Source: a virus
Taxonomy: Duplodnaviria; Caudoviricetes
Strand: one strand, 5' to 3'
Virus record (IMG/VR): IMGVR_UViG_3300020578_000107
Span: 1-53,738 of that record
Length of the DNA stretch: 53,738 nucleotides
In this document: positions 8,201 through 18,766 of the stretch, piece by piece
Layout: every line of letters begins with the position of its first letter
Numbering within the stretch: position 1 is the first letter of the stretch
Translations under genes and position numbers: made by a program
The notes under the pieces: model-generated
Told to the model about the DNA's origin: nothing
Seen by the model: only the letters and a program-made list of their open reading frames with translations
Database searches by the model: none

Positions 8201-11200
8201 ATATTTTTAACTATCCACAAATTAATGTATCGATTAGTGGAAAAATAGGAGTCTTCTCTCCATCGGGAACAGATTATCAAGCTGTTTTACAACCAATTGT
8301 AAGGGGACAAATTAAATCTGTATTTTTAGAGTCTGGTGGAACTAATTATGGATCTGAAAAAATTCTAAACTTTAATAGACAAGCCTCAATAACACTCAAA
8401 AGTGGTCAAGGTGCTGAGGTAATTCCAGTTTTATCGAATGGAAAAATAGTACAAGTTTTAATCACAAATCCTGGATCTGGTTACAATTCTCCACCAACTT
8501 TAATTGTTTCTGGTCCTGGAATTGGAGCAAAACTAACTCCCATTATTTCAAATGGATCTTTAACAGAAGTAAAGGTTATAAATGGTGGAGTTGGGTATGA
8601 TACTGCATTAATTAATGTTGTTTCCTCTGGAACAGGCGCAGAATTTAAATCTGTCCCCCAAAAATGGACTGTGAATTTGGTTGAAAGAAATATTCAAAGC
8701 AATCAAATTACAGATGATGATGGAATAATTGATACTGGGATCAATTCAAATTATGGGTTACAATATACACATCTATATGCTCCAAGAAAATTAAGACAAA
8801 CTATTTTTTCCCGTGAAGTTATAAATGGTCAAATTTCATATTTACCTGACTTAAAGATAGAAAATGGAAAAGAATCTCTTTCAAATACACATTCACCAAT
8901 TATTGGGTGGGCATATGACGGCAATCCAATATATGGACCATATGGATATTCAACAATAAATGGAGGATCTGTAAAACCAATAGAATCTGGATATTACCTA
9001 TCTTTAAAACCAAATAGACCATCAACTTCAATTTTTCCAGAGGGATTTTTTGTCGAAGACTACTCATACAGGTCAAGAGGAGACTTAGATGAGTACAATG
9101 GTAGATTTTGTGTAACTCCGGAATTTCCAAATGGAGTTTATGCTTATTTTGCAACTATTGATGGGTCTGGCGTTGAATCATCTCCACCTTTTAGAAATTA
9201 TAGAAAACCAGTTTTTCCATACTTTATTGGTAACAGTTACAAATCAAAACCAAATCAGTATAATTTTTCTCCTCTGTCAAATCAAGATAATATTGATCTG
9301 AAAAATACTACATTTTTTAGAAACACTACTCCATATAATTTATTGGATAAAAATAGTGGATATGACTTTATAGTAAATTCAAATAATATTAAGAGACAAA
9401 ATTCTATTGTAAGGTATGTAAAACCAGGAATTGTGGATTCTATTGGTATTAAAACCGGGGGATTCAACTATAAAATTGGAAATAAAGTTATTTTTGACAA
9501 TTCAAAATCTGGGGGACAGGGAGTATCAGCTGAGGTTAACTTACTAAACGGAAAACAAATAAGAAACATCAGTGTTAACTCGGTTTCCATTAGTGGAGTT
9601 GAATTTATTTCAAATCCACAAGGTATTATTGGGTTTGCTACATCACCACACAATCTTTCTATTCCATCTAATAATGTTATAATTACAGGATTAAACACTT
9701 CTACCTCAAATCTAAATGGAAATAATGTTGTTGGTGTTAGATCTGAGACCTTTTTACTTTCTGTTGGAGTTGGAACAACAGGATCTACTGGTATAGTAAC
9801 TTATTTCAGTGTTTTTGGTCCTCTCGATTTTCCTAATATTAGAGAAAATGATGTTTTAAAAATAGATTCTGAGAAATTAAAAGTATTAAATATTGATCGT
9901 GAATCATCAAGAATAAGAGTTTTAAGAGAATATGAAGGGTCAACTGGATCTTCTCATACAGTATCATCTTTAATATATGAAGATTCTAGAAAATTTACAG
10001 TTTCTTATAATCCAAGAATTGATTTAAAATCAACAAAATATAATAAAGAGATTTATTTTAATCCCCCAGAATCTATTGGAATTGGAACAACATCAGGAAT
10101 AGGAATAGGTGCAACTTTATTTTTCTCAAATCCAGGAGTTGGTGCATCATCTCTCTTCATCCCAACTAGAACAATATACTTGCCAAATCATAATTTATCT
10201 ACGGGAGATGAATTAATTTACTCATCAAATGGTGGTAATCCAATAACAGCGTCTACAAATGGAATATCAACTTTCCAATTAGTAGATGATCAGATTGTTT
10301 ATGTAGCCAAAGTAAACGATAGTTTAATTGGAATAGCAACAAATCAGGTTGGAGTAGGTTCTACTGGTATTTTTGTGGGTATAAACAGTTCTGTTACCAC
10401 AGAAATTTTATATTTTACAGATCCTGGACTTGGAGAAATTCATAGTTTTACAACAAACTATAAAGATATTGTAGTTGGAGAAGTTAATAAAAATTTAGTT
10501 ACAGTTTCCACTGCTGAGACTCATGGGTTAAATGTTAACGATATCGTAAATATTTCTTGTTTGTCTGGAATATCTACTACTTATGTTATCAAATATGATG
10601 ATTACAATAGAAGAATGGTCATTGATCCAAAATCATTTATATCCGGAGATGTAGATGCTTCTAATGACACGATTCAAATTCTTTCTCATGGGTATATTAC
10701 CGGACAAAAAGTTATTCATACTTCATCTTCCCCTGCCGGTGGTCTTGAAAATGGAGAAATTTATTTTGTTGTAAAAGTAGATAATAATAGATTAAGACTA
10801 GCAAAAACTTATTATGATTCGACATTAAGCGATCCGAATTATGTTAATATAACTAGTGTTTCCTCTGGAACATTATCGCTTGTAAATCCTCCAATTACAG
10901 GAACCAGAAATCAGCAAATTATTTTTGATGTATCAGATTCATCTTTATCATATAATATAAGTTTTAATAAGTATCCAGCATTTAAATTTGATATATACAC
11001 AGATTCTTCTTTTGATACTACTTTTGATTCTAGAAAAAAGACTGGTGAATTAAATATTATTAGAAATGGTATATTGGGAGTAGATGCAAATGCTACTGTT
11101 ACAATCAATCTTTCAAATGATGTTCCAAATACACTTTATTATCAACTGACTCCCGTTGATTATGATACAAATAATATTACAAAACTAGAAATAATATCTG

Positions 11201-14200
11201 ATTCTGAAAATATTTTAGATAATAATAAAATACTTGTAAATCCAAGTATTTATAGTGGTAGACATTCAATTTCAGGAATCGGATCAACTACATTTTCATA
11301 TACTATTTTTAATAAACCAGAAAAGTTATCATACACGGATTCAGAAGCTACGCTTTCATATACAACAAATTCTTTAACAGCATCGGGTGGAATTTCTAGT
11401 ATTAGAATAAATTCTGGTGGATATGGATATGAAAGTTTGCCTGCTATCGTAAGAATAGATTCCTTAGATGGATCTGGCGCTGTAATAGAACCATCAGGAT
11501 CTACCGTAGGAAGAATTTCTTTAACGGAGATACTCGATATTGGATTTGAGTACTCATCGGATCCATCAATAAGACCTATTGCAAAAATTCCACAAGTTTT
11601 AAAATTAAAAACAACATCATCATTTGAAAGAATAGGTATTTCTTCAATAGGAAAACAATATAACATATCTCCGGATCTAATTGTCATAGATTCGATTACA
11701 AAACAAATTGTTTCCGATGTTGATCTAAGATATAAACTTGGAGATAAAGAAGTTACTATCTTAAAAAATACAGGTGGAATTAGTAATTCAATTCCAGAAA
11801 TTATACCAATCAATAATCCAAATGGTGTTGGAATTAATTCAATATCTTATAATGAATCAACAAAAGAAGTTACTGTTGGATTAGCAGTAAGTTATAGTTC
11901 TTCTAATGATTATCCATTTTCGGTTGGTGATAAAGTAATTATTGAAAACACTAGAGTTGGATTTTCAACCTCAGCAAAAGGATATAATTCCTCTTCATAT
12001 GGATATGCTTTGTTTACCTTGAAGGCAATAGATCCAAATATTGGTGGAGCAAATGGAACTGTAACTTATAGTCTAGGAGAATATCTATCATCTGGAGAAA
12101 ATCCAGGAGTATTTAATTTATCTCTTTCTGCGGGAAGAATTACTCCACAAAAGTTTTTCCCAATATTTGATGTTAAGTTGAAAAAAAATGAACTTAGAAT
12201 TGGAGAAATAGTTTCTACCGAAACTGCAAGTGGCACAGTTGAAAAATGGTATTTTGATAATGATATATTGGTAGTTTCTACAACTCAAGATTTTAAATCT
12301 GGTGATATATTAGTAGGATCTTCATCAAAAACAAAATGCTCAATTGAATTAGTTTTCTCAAATGATGCTGACTATAATATTTCTGCAACATCATTAGTTA
12401 AGAGGGGTTGGAACTTAGAGTCTGGATTTTTAAATAATGATTACCAAAGAATACACGATAGTGATTATTATCAATATTTTTCATACTCTTTAAAATCAAA
12501 AATTGAGTATGAAGATTGGAAAGATCCTGTCAGTTCAATGAACCACACTGCAGGATTTAAAAAATTCTCAAATTTAATCATTGAATCAAATGACGCATCT
12601 TTTAGTGGAATATCAACCGAACAAAACTTGGGAGATTTCACTGCAACTGCGGATATTATTAATGTTGTTGGATTAAACTGTGTTAATGACTTCGATCTTG
12701 CAAGAGAAAACAAATTGACAATAGGATCTGATATTATTTCAGATGAAATAATATTAAATTCATCTTCAATTCAAGATTATTTTGAATCTGTTGGAAATAG
12801 AGTTTTAGTAATTGATGACATTAGCAGCAGATTTAATAGTAATCCAAGGCCAACTCCTTTTAGTGCAGTAGATTCGTTTGATCTATCAACTGTAAGATCT
12901 AAAAAATACATATCATATATTGTAGATAGAAGATTCACTGGAGAAAAACAAATAAGTGTTACTACACTGTTGCATAATGATCTTTTTGGATTCTTAAATC
13001 AATATGGAAGAGTTGAAACCGCAAATGATCTTGGTTCATTTGATTTTATCATTAGTGGAAGTGAAGGGCAACTTTTATTCTATCCAACAAAATTCCAAGC
13101 AAATGATTATAGTATAAATCTATTCTCATATGATATAAAGAATACTGTCTCTGGAATAGGCACTATCAATCTAGGAGATACTGTAAAAATAAACAGTAGC
13201 ATCAAAACAATTCCAGTGGGATTTAGCACAACAACTAATTTAGTCAGCTTTGCTTCCACATATAGAGCATCAAAAATTATTGTTCAATATGCAGCGATAG
13301 ATAATTCTTATTTCGAATATGATGAACTTACTATTATTCACGATGGATCATCTGCTAATATTCTAGAATATGGACAACTATCTACTAATATTTTATCCCC
13401 ACTTGGATCAAGTGGGATAGGAACTTATAGTGCATATCTTTCGGGGTCGGAGGTAAAGTTAGATTTTACTCCAAATGTAGGATTATCTACATCTTATCAT
13501 GTCAATTCAATTTTGGTTTCAATAGCAAATACCTCATCATCAGGAATTTCTTCAACAACTCTGAGAACTGGCAAACTAGAATCAGCAATAACTTCTATTG
13601 CTTCTTCAACATCACCAACACCCACAGTAGTTTCCGAGTATGAAAATACTTATTCGGCAGCTTATTATATTGCAAGTGTAGAAGATACTACAAATAATCA
13701 ATATCAAATATCTGAAATTATTGTTGTGGATGATGGAACAACACCATCAATAACTGAATTTGGTATTTTGCACACATCTTCAAATATTGGAAATTTTGAT
13801 GCTAGCATTTCTGGTGGAAAAACAAAATTAACATTTACTCCAATAGCAAATTCAAATGTTGAAGTAAGAGTTTTCCAAAATTCACTAAGATTTTTTGATG
13901 AAAATCTTACAGAATTAATTGATTTTACAAATGCTTTAATTGATACAGGAAGCGGAACTTATGATGGAACAGAATCTGATATAAGAAGAATTTTTGAGTT
14001 AACACATAAAGGACTTCCAATATTCAGAAGAAATATTTTAGGAAATTCTTCAACCGTTGTTGATTTGACAAATAACCTTATTAAAATTCCCAACCATTAT
14101 TTTGTAACTGGCGAAGAATTGAGGTATACCCATTCCGGACAAGGAACTTCACAATCTATTGGTATTTCAACAGAAACAATAGTTGGAGTGGGAACAACTG

Positions 14201-17184
14201 ATAAGTTGCCTCAAACTGTATATGTCATAAAAGTTACCGATGCGGCAATAAGATTAGCATCATCAGCAGAAAATGCTCTTAAAACTGTTCCAATACCTCT
14301 TATTATTTCATCTGTTGGAATTGGCACATCTCATGCATTAACTTCTAAAAAACAAAATACAAAAGTTCTGATATCGATCGATAATGTAATACAATCACCT
14401 GTTGTATCATCAGCATTGACTTCTATTTTACTGAAAGAAATTTCGTCTATTGATCAAATAATAACAGTTTCTGGAATCACTTCTTTCTTCAGTGGAGATT
14501 TGATTGAAATTAATAATGAGATTATGAAAGTTGATGCTGTTGGATTTGGTAGTACTAATGTTTTCTTAGTAAAACGTCCATGGATGGGAACAGGAATATC
14601 TTCTCATGCCAATGGATCTCTTGTTAAGAAAATTGAGGGTGATTATAATATAATTGACAATACAATAAACTTTGTTACTGCTCCATATGGATTAGTTCCA
14701 ATTGGAACATTTACTGATGGACCAAATAATATCGATTATTTGGGAATAAGCACATATTCTAATTTTAGTGGTAGGAGTTTTATAAGATCTGGTATACCAG
14801 ATACTGATAAAGAACCATATACTAATAACTATATTTTCAATGATATCTCACCACAATTTACCGGATATTCAACTTCATTTATTTTAAAATCAAATGGACA
14901 AAATATAACAGGAATTTCGACAGATAATGCTATTATTTTAGTAAATCAAGTTTTCCAAGGTCCAAAGAAACTTGATGCTCCAGTTAGTTTTGTTAGTGAT
15001 TATGTTCTCAGAGAAAATTCTGGTATAACAAGCATTCAATTCAGTGGATTCATATCTACTACATCATATGATGTAAACAACAATAACTTACCTCGCGGTG
15101 GAATAATTGTTTCCGTTGGAGCATCGAAAGGATTTGGGTATCAACCAATTGTAGCAGCTGGTGGAACTGCTATTATTTCTGGATTAGGAACAGTAGCATC
15201 TATTAGTATAGGAAACAGTGGGTCAGGATACAGATCAGGTTTACAAGTTGTTAAAGTTGGAGTAAAAACAGAAAATCTGGAAAATGTACAAATTACATAT
15301 GTTGGAACAGCAACAATCTCCGATGGAAATGTTGTAAGCGTTGCAATTACAAATCCAGGAACAGGATATACAACATCAAATCCACCCTTTGTAGTTTTTG
15401 ACGATCCTTTAAATTATTTTAATCTACCATTAGTTTATAGCTCTTTAAATCAAGGAATTGGAATTGGTACTGGTGCAAGAGTAAATGTTGTAGTTGGTCA
15501 GGGATCAAGTGTCATAGACTTTGAAATCACAAATTTTGGGTATGGATATGGTCAAGGAGAAATTTTAACTGTTGGGGTAGGTGGAACTGTTGGAATACCA
15601 ACGAACACCTCTTTATCATACAGTGAATTCAATATTACAGTTGATAGAACATTCTCAGATACATTCTCAGGATGGACATTCGGAAATCTTCTTGTCTTAG
15701 ATTCATTTGACAACTTATTTGATGGTATCAAAAAGTCTTTCCAAATTACTTCCAATGGATCCCCAAGATCTATTAGATCAAGATCTGGTTCTAATATTGA
15801 TGTTGAATCAACCCTTTTAGTCTTTATTAATGATATTTTACAAGTTCCCGGAGAGGGTTACATATTTGATGGTGGCAGTTTTATCGATTTTACAGAAGCT
15901 CCAAAATCAGGAGATAAATCAAAATTACTCTTCTACCAGGGAACTTCTTCTGTCGATGTCACTAATGTTGACATATTAGAAACTATTAAACCAGGAGATA
16001 TTGTAAGATTGAATGATGACAACATTTCTTATAAACAAAATGATAGACTTGTCACTGATATTATTTCAATCGATACTCTAAAAACTAATCCATATAAGAG
16101 TCCAGGTTTATCTGATGATCAAGCATATGTACGTCCTATAATTTGGTGCAAACAAACTGACGATTTATTCATTAATGGAAAAGAGGTTGGAAAAGATAGA
16201 GTTTTATATGAACCATTGATTTATCCAAATACAAGGATTATACAGACAGTTGGATCTGCCTCGACGATAATTTTTGTTGAAAGTGTAAAAACTTTCTTTG
16301 ATAGTAATAAAGAAAATTATTCGGGACAAAACAGAATTAGATTAGTTTCACAAGAAAATATTGTGGGAGCATCAGCAACTGCAATCGTATCGATTGCAGG
16401 GACTATTTCCTCAATTTCAATTACAAATTCTGGACTTGGATATACATCTGCACCAACTGTTATTGTTGGTAATCCAGTTGGTCTTGGATCTACACAAAGA
16501 GCATTAGCAACCTCAACTATATTTGATGGATCTGTAACTTCTATTCAGGTATCTTTCCCTGGAACTGGATATACTTCTTCAACTCCACCATCAGTTTTGA
16601 TAGATTTTCCAAGATCTTCATATTTTATAGAAGACATATTATCAATTTCTTACAGCGGTGATTTTGGAATTATTTCTGGAATTTCAACAACTACTGTTGG
16701 AGTAGCATCAACAGGAATTATTTTTGATCTTGTAATACCACAAGATTCTTTCCTAAGAGATACCTCTATTGTTGGTACTGCACTGACAGTAAGTGGAATT
16801 CAAACTGGATATTATTTTGTTGTTTATAATTCAAATGTTGGCAGTGGAGTTACTTCACTAAGATCTGATGGTTCTATTGTAAGCATTGGAAGTTCATTCC
16901 TAGATAATGTCTATTATGCATCCAAAGTTTCAATTGCACAAACAAGTGTTTCCGGATTTGGAGTAACTTATGTTGCAAAAGTAACTGTCAGTGTTAGTGA
17001 TTACAACGGACTCAGTGGAATTGGTTATAGTAGTTTCTTTGGAGAGTATAGTTGGGGTAGAATTTCTGCACCATCTAGACCAAATCCCAAAAACTTTACT
17101 TATTATAATAATGGACTACTGGGAATTTCTACTTCTCCAATCGTTGAAAGATTTAACCCTCTTAAATATTCAAATTATAATTAA
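5206..17184 (+). CDS. gp7: giant baseplate wedge initiator, gp7-like (3992 aa), with a YHYH-like domain and beta-repeats
   Basis: Between gp6 and gp8; N-terminal FYSSKGTDQSFEILFRSLY; IHDSDYYQYFSY..HTAGFK segment; NHGxxTGD and GxGYxxxP repeats. Confidence 0.8.
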   Translation: MVVTRIKISSVVENQLPSFVRDEFPLVNEFLSEYYSSLEYQGGVLDLLQNIDRYIKLDQLTNLVDSTTITSEINLGDATINVQSTKGFPDSYGLLKIGSEIITYKSKTNTSFNECVRGFSGVISHQNPLKPDNLIFTTSAREEHVNGSSVLNLSILFLKEFYKKVKKQFSPGFDERDLFSNLNQSLFIKQAKDFYSSKGTDQSFEILFRSLYGEDVEVIKPRDYLFTPSDAQYRITKDLIVEEIEGNPFDLLNRTLYQDEDSYFKSTFGSVNNVEKVSRGGKDYYAISLDYDPNVDLEKDSQRSDFSIHSQTKLVTSCSIGSDVIDVDSTIGFPNSGFLVADLSNGTSLTISYTSKSYTQFYGCTGIDQELISGQNIRINSYAYGFVGSDVVKVRVTGVLSNLNYGVDTKYHDEGESIQIKTIGKDSNDVRANNWIFNIATTYDIDTLTLTDLVNFSYRIVTIDNHSIYVGDSVKLIFTDSTEVVSSVVEVLNQKSFIIADQGQIDVNKKYKVQKLISKTNALNFSSSNIYSTNVQNTYQDGKNSFYVTSSSLPSYLNQSLLVKDRSVTFSGFFNGVDLVIGNHGFYTGDAVFYSAESVSNSLGIQDQIYFVNRVNSTTINLSRSRSNLYEDKFISFNATVTNNKLVFNDFYNQTLDNQKLVRNILSPEIASNSTETSPGPIGILVNGVEILNYKSRDSLFYGPLEEINVLSPGSNYDVINPPILSISDPVGFGATGFCEVEGEFEEIQVIDGGFDYITEPVISVTGGSGSGVQAKAQLIDFSHAVSFNATSFGDVNLTNDTITFSNNHKFRNGEVVIYDPEGQQSVGGLSTNSTYYISTQTEKQIKIHTNANDALTNTNPINLTSYGVGNHRLISVQLKKKISSVILTNKGTKYKNRKISISPVGINTFSNIIEAKNHGYSTGDIIVYSTTGSEIGGLQNGKSYFVTSLDENSFKLSNVGTSSTIGIGSAIVGVSTSLDFYFKNKQYVNLSGKGTGNHIFNYPQINVSISGKIGVFSPSGTDYQAVLQPIVRGQIKSVFLESGGTNYGSEKILNFNRQASITLKSGQGAEVIPVLSNGKIVQVLITNPGSGYNSPPTLIVSGPGIGAKLTPIISNGSLTEVKVINGGVGYDTALINVVSSGTGAEFKSVPQKWTVNLVERNIQSNQITDDDGIIDTGINSNYGLQYTHLYAPRKLRQTIFSREVINGQISYLPDLKIENGKESLSNTHSPIIGWAYDGNPIYGPYGYSTINGGSVKPIESGYYLSLKPNRPSTSIFPEGFFVEDYSYRSRGDLDEYNGRFCVTPEFPNGVYAYFATIDGSGVESSPPFRNYRKPVFPYFIGNSYKSKPNQYNFSPLSNQDNIDLKNTTFFRNTTPYNLLDKNSGYDFIVNSNNIKRQNSIVRYVKPGIVDSIGIKTGGFNYKIGNKVIFDNSKSGGQGVSAEVNLLNGKQIRNISVNSVSISGVEFISNPQGIIGFATSPHNLSIPSNNVIITGLNTSTSNLNGNNVVGVRSETFLLSVGVGTTGSTGIVTYFSVFGPLDFPNIRENDVLKIDSEKLKVLNIDRESSRIRVLREYEGSTGSSHTVSSLIYEDSRKFTVSYNPRIDLKSTKYNKEIYFNPPESIGIGTTSGIGIGATLFFSNPGVGASSLFIPTRTIYLPNHNLSTGDELIYSSNGGNPITASTNGISTFQLVDDQIVYVAKVNDSLIGIATNQVGVGSTGIFVGINSSVTTEILYFTDPGLGEIHSFTTNYKDIVVGEVNKNLVTVSTAETHGLNVNDIVNISCLSGISTTYVIKYDDYNRRMVIDPKSFISGDVDASNDTIQILSHGYITGQKVIHTSSSPAGGLENGEIYFVVKVDNNRLRLAKTYYDSTLSDPNYVNITSVSSGTLSLVNPPITGTRNQQIIFDVSDSSLSYNISFNKYPAFKFDIYTDSSFDTTFDSRKKTGELNIIRNGILGVDANATVTINLSNDVPNTLYYQLTPVDYDTNNITKLEIISDSENILDNNKILVNPSIYSGRHSISGIGSTTFSYTIFNKPEKLSYTDSEATLSYTTNSLTASGGISSIRINSGGYGYESLPAIVRIDSLDGSGAVIEPSGSTVGRISLTEILDIGFEYSSDPSIRPIAKIPQVLKLKTTSSFERIGISSIGKQYNISPDLIVIDSITKQIVSDVDLRYKLGDKEVTILKNTGGISNSIPEIIPINNPNGVGINSISYNESTKEVTVGLAVSYSSSNDYPFSVGDKVIIENTRVGFSTSAKGYNSSSYGYALFTLKAIDPNIGGANGTVTYSLGEYLSSGENPGVFNLSLSAGRITPQKFFPIFDVKLKKNELRIGEIVSTETASGTVEKWYFDNDILVVSTTQDFKSGDILVGSSSKTKCSIELVFSNDADYNISATSLVKRGWNLESGFLNNDYQRIHDSDYYQYFSYSLKSKIEYEDWKDPVSSMNHTAGFKKFSNLIIESNDASFSGISTEQNLGDFTATADIINVVGLNCVNDFDLARENKLTIGSDIISDEIILNSSSIQDYFESVGNRVLVIDDISSRFNSNPRPTPFSAVDSFDLSTVRSKKYISYIVDRRFTGEKQISVTTLLHNDLFGFLNQYGRVETANDLGSFDFIISGSEGQLLFYPTKFQANDYSINLFSYDIKNTVSGIGTINLGDTVKINSSIKTIPVGFSTTTNLVSFASTYRASKIIVQYAAIDNSYFEYDELTIIHDGSSANILEYGQLSTNILSPLGSSGIGTYSAYLSGSEVKLDFTPNVGLSTSYHVNSILVSIANTSSSGISSTTLRTGKLESAITSIASSTSPTPTVVSEYENTYSAAYYIASVEDTTNNQYQISEIIVVDDGTTPSITEFGILHTSSNIGNFDASISGGKTKLTFTPIANSNVEVRVFQNSLRFFDENLTELIDFTNALIDTGSGTYDGTESDIRRIFELTHKGLPIFRRNILGNSSTVVDLTNNLIKIPNHYFVTGEELRYTHSGQGTSQSIGISTETIVGVGTTDKLPQTVYVIKVTDAAIRLASSAENALKTVPIPLIISSVGIGTSHALTSKKQNTKVLISIDNVIQSPVVSSALTSILLKEISSIDQIITVSGITSFFSGDLIEINNEIMKVDAVGFGSTNVFLVKRPWMGTGISSHANGSLVKKIEGDYNIIDNTINFVTAPYGLVPIGTFTDGPNNIDYLGISTYSNFSGRSFIRSGIPDTDKEPYTNNYIFNDISPQFTGYSTSFILKSNGQNITGISTDNAIILVNQVFQGPKKLDAPVSFVSDYVLRENSGITSIQFSGFISTTSYDVNNNNLPRGGIIVSVGASKGFGYQPIVAAGGTAIISGLGTVASISIGNSGSGYRSGLQVVKVGVKTENLENVQITYVGTATISDGNVVSVAITNPGTGYTTSNPPFVVFDDPLNYFNLPLVYSSLNQGIGIGTGARVNVVVGQGSSVIDFEITNFGYGYGQGEILTVGVGGTVGIPTNTSLSYSEFNITVDRTFSDTFSGWTFGNLLVLDSFDNLFDGIKKSFQITSNGSPRSIRSRSGSNIDVESTLLVFINDILQVPGEGYIFDGGSFIDFTEAPKSGDKSKLLFYQGTSSVDVTNVDILETIKPGDIVRLNDDNISYKQNDRLVTDIISIDTLKTNPYKSPGLSDDQAYVRPIIWCKQTDDLFINGKEVGKDRVLYEPLIYPNTRIIQTVGSASTIIFVESVKTFFDSNKENYSGQNRIRLVSQENIVGASATAIVSIAGTISSISITNSGLGYTSAPTVIVGNPVGLGSTQRALATSTIFDGSVTSIQVSFPGTGYTSSTPPSVLIDFPRSSYFIEDILSISYSGDFGIISGISTTTVGVASTGIIFDLVIPQDSFLRDTSIVGTALTVSGIQTGYYFVVYNSNVGSGVTSLRSDGSIVSIGSSFLDNVYYASKVSIAQTSVSGFGVTYVAKVTVSVSDYNGLSGIGYSSFFGEYSWGRISAPSRPNPKNFTYYNNGLLGISTSPIVERFNPLKYSNYN

Positions 17185-17190
17185 TAAATA
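17185..17190 (+). promoter_or_regulatory. late promoter core TAAATA (gp8)
   Basis: In the short gap between gp7 and gp8. Confidence 0.6.
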
Positions 17191-17206
17191 GATAAAAAAT
17201 CGCAAA

Positions 17207-18760
17207 ATGTCTGCAATTATAACTGATCAACTTAGAATTTTAAACGCTAAGAATTTTGTAGCGGCTGCAACCTCAGATACTAATAATTATTATTCTTTTG
17301 TTGGGTTGCCGAACGCTACTGATTATTCTTCAACCTGGGATGCAAATCCTCCTGCACCTAAAGATAGTTTTGAGCAAGAAAATGATTATTGGGACACTAT
17401 GGTAGCCCTTAAAAAAATTCCTGCTGGCAATGTTAATCAAGTTGTAAGAAAAAATACTTGGACATCTGGCATAACATATGATATGTATCGTCATGATATA
17501 AGTAGAACAAACACATCAAAACCATCAGAAGCAACTAATTTATATCTCGCAAATTACTTTGTAATTAATGATGACTTTAAAGTTTATATTTGTTTGCAAA
17601 ATGGAACTGATCCAGGAAACCCATCTGGTAGACCTTCACTAGACCAACCAACATTTGTAGATCTAGAACCCAGAGCAGCTGGTGATAGTGGAGATGGATA
17701 TATTTGGAAATACTTATACACAATTAAACCAAGCGAAATTGTAAAGTTTGACTCAACAAATTATATTCCTGTTCCAAAAAATTGGGATACTAGTTTAGAA
17801 AATTCAGCAATAAGAAATAATGCAGCAACTAGTGGTCAATTAAAAATAGTAACAATAAAAAATCGTGGAGTTGGACTAGGAACAGCAAATAGAACTTATA
17901 CAAGAGTTCCTATTAAGGGAGATGGGCAGGGAGCAGAGGCAACAATTGTAATAAACAATGAATCAAAAGTAGATTCAATAACTGTCTCTAACGGAGGTTC
18001 TAATTATACGTATGGAACAGTAGATTTAGTTGCTGGGGGAGTTCCAACAGGATCAACTTCTCCAATTTTTGATGTCACAATTCCACCCAAAGGTGGACAT
18101 GGATATGACATTTATAGAGAACTAGGTGCATATAATGTTCTTATTTTTTCTAGAATAGAAAATGATATTGAAAATCCCGATTTTATTACAGGTAATCAAA
18201 TATCTAGAATTGGAATCGTTGAAAATCCAGAAAGTTTTGGATCATCTTCACAATTAACAAGCGACAAAGCCAGCGCACTTTATGCAATTCGATTAGTTGG
18301 GTCTGGTTATAGTTCGGCTGTTTTTACTCCCGATTCTAGAATTACGCAAACGATTGGAATAGGGTCAACTGCTGTTGGTAGAGTAGTTTCTTATGATCAA
18401 ACAACAGGTGTTTTAAAATATTGGCAAGATAAATCTTTGGTTGGATTTAATAGTAATGGAACGCAAAATTCATCCCCAATATATGGATTTAATGTTAATA
18501 GATTTACAGCATTTCCATCTAATGGAGGTTCTATAAACGTAGTTGGTGGGTCTTTAACTTTACAGATAGGAACAAGTTTTTCTGGTGTATCTACCACAAT
18601 AAATAGTAGAACATACTATCTTGGCCAATTATTTGCCAATGGACTTTCAAATCCAGAAGTTAAAAAATATTCTGGCAATATAATTTATATTGACAATAGA
18701 CCTTCGATAACAAGGTCTGCAAATCAAAAAGAAGATATTAAAGTTATTTTGCAATTCTAA
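17207..18760 (+). CDS. gp8: baseplate wedge subunit, T4 gp8-like
   Basis: DFKVYICL.N, GDGYIWKYLYTI, PKGGHG..ELGA, and C-terminal YIDNRPSITRSANQKEDIKVILQF. Confidence 0.92.
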   Translation: MSAIITDQLRILNAKNFVAAATSDTNNYYSFVGLPNATDYSSTWDANPPAPKDSFEQENDYWDTMVALKKIPAGNVNQVVRKNTWTSGITYDMYRHDISRTNTSKPSEATNLYLANYFVINDDFKVYICLQNGTDPGNPSGRPSLDQPTFVDLEPRAAGDSGDGYIWKYLYTIKPSEIVKFDSTNYIPVPKNWDTSLENSAIRNNAATSGQLKIVTIKNRGVGLGTANRTYTRVPIKGDGQGAEATIVINNESKVDSITVSNGGSNYTYGTVDLVAGGVPTGSTSPIFDVTIPPKGGHGYDIYRELGAYNVLIFSRIENDIENPDFITGNQISRIGIVENPESFGSSSQLTSDKASALYAIRLVGSGYSSAVFTPDSRITQTIGIGSTAVGRVVSYDQTTGVLKYWQDKSLVGFNSNGTQNSSPIYGFNVNRFTAFPSNGGSINVVGGSLTLQIGTSFSGVSTTINSRTYYLGQLFANGLSNPEVKKYSGNIIYIDNRPSITRSANQKEDIKVILQF

Positions 18761-18766
18761 AGACTC

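Noticed and set aside
8900-16000. Several 60-190-aa minus-strand ORFs inside gp7 (e.g. 11250-11813)
   Set aside because: Antisense shadows of a long biased coding sequence; no motifs or expression signals
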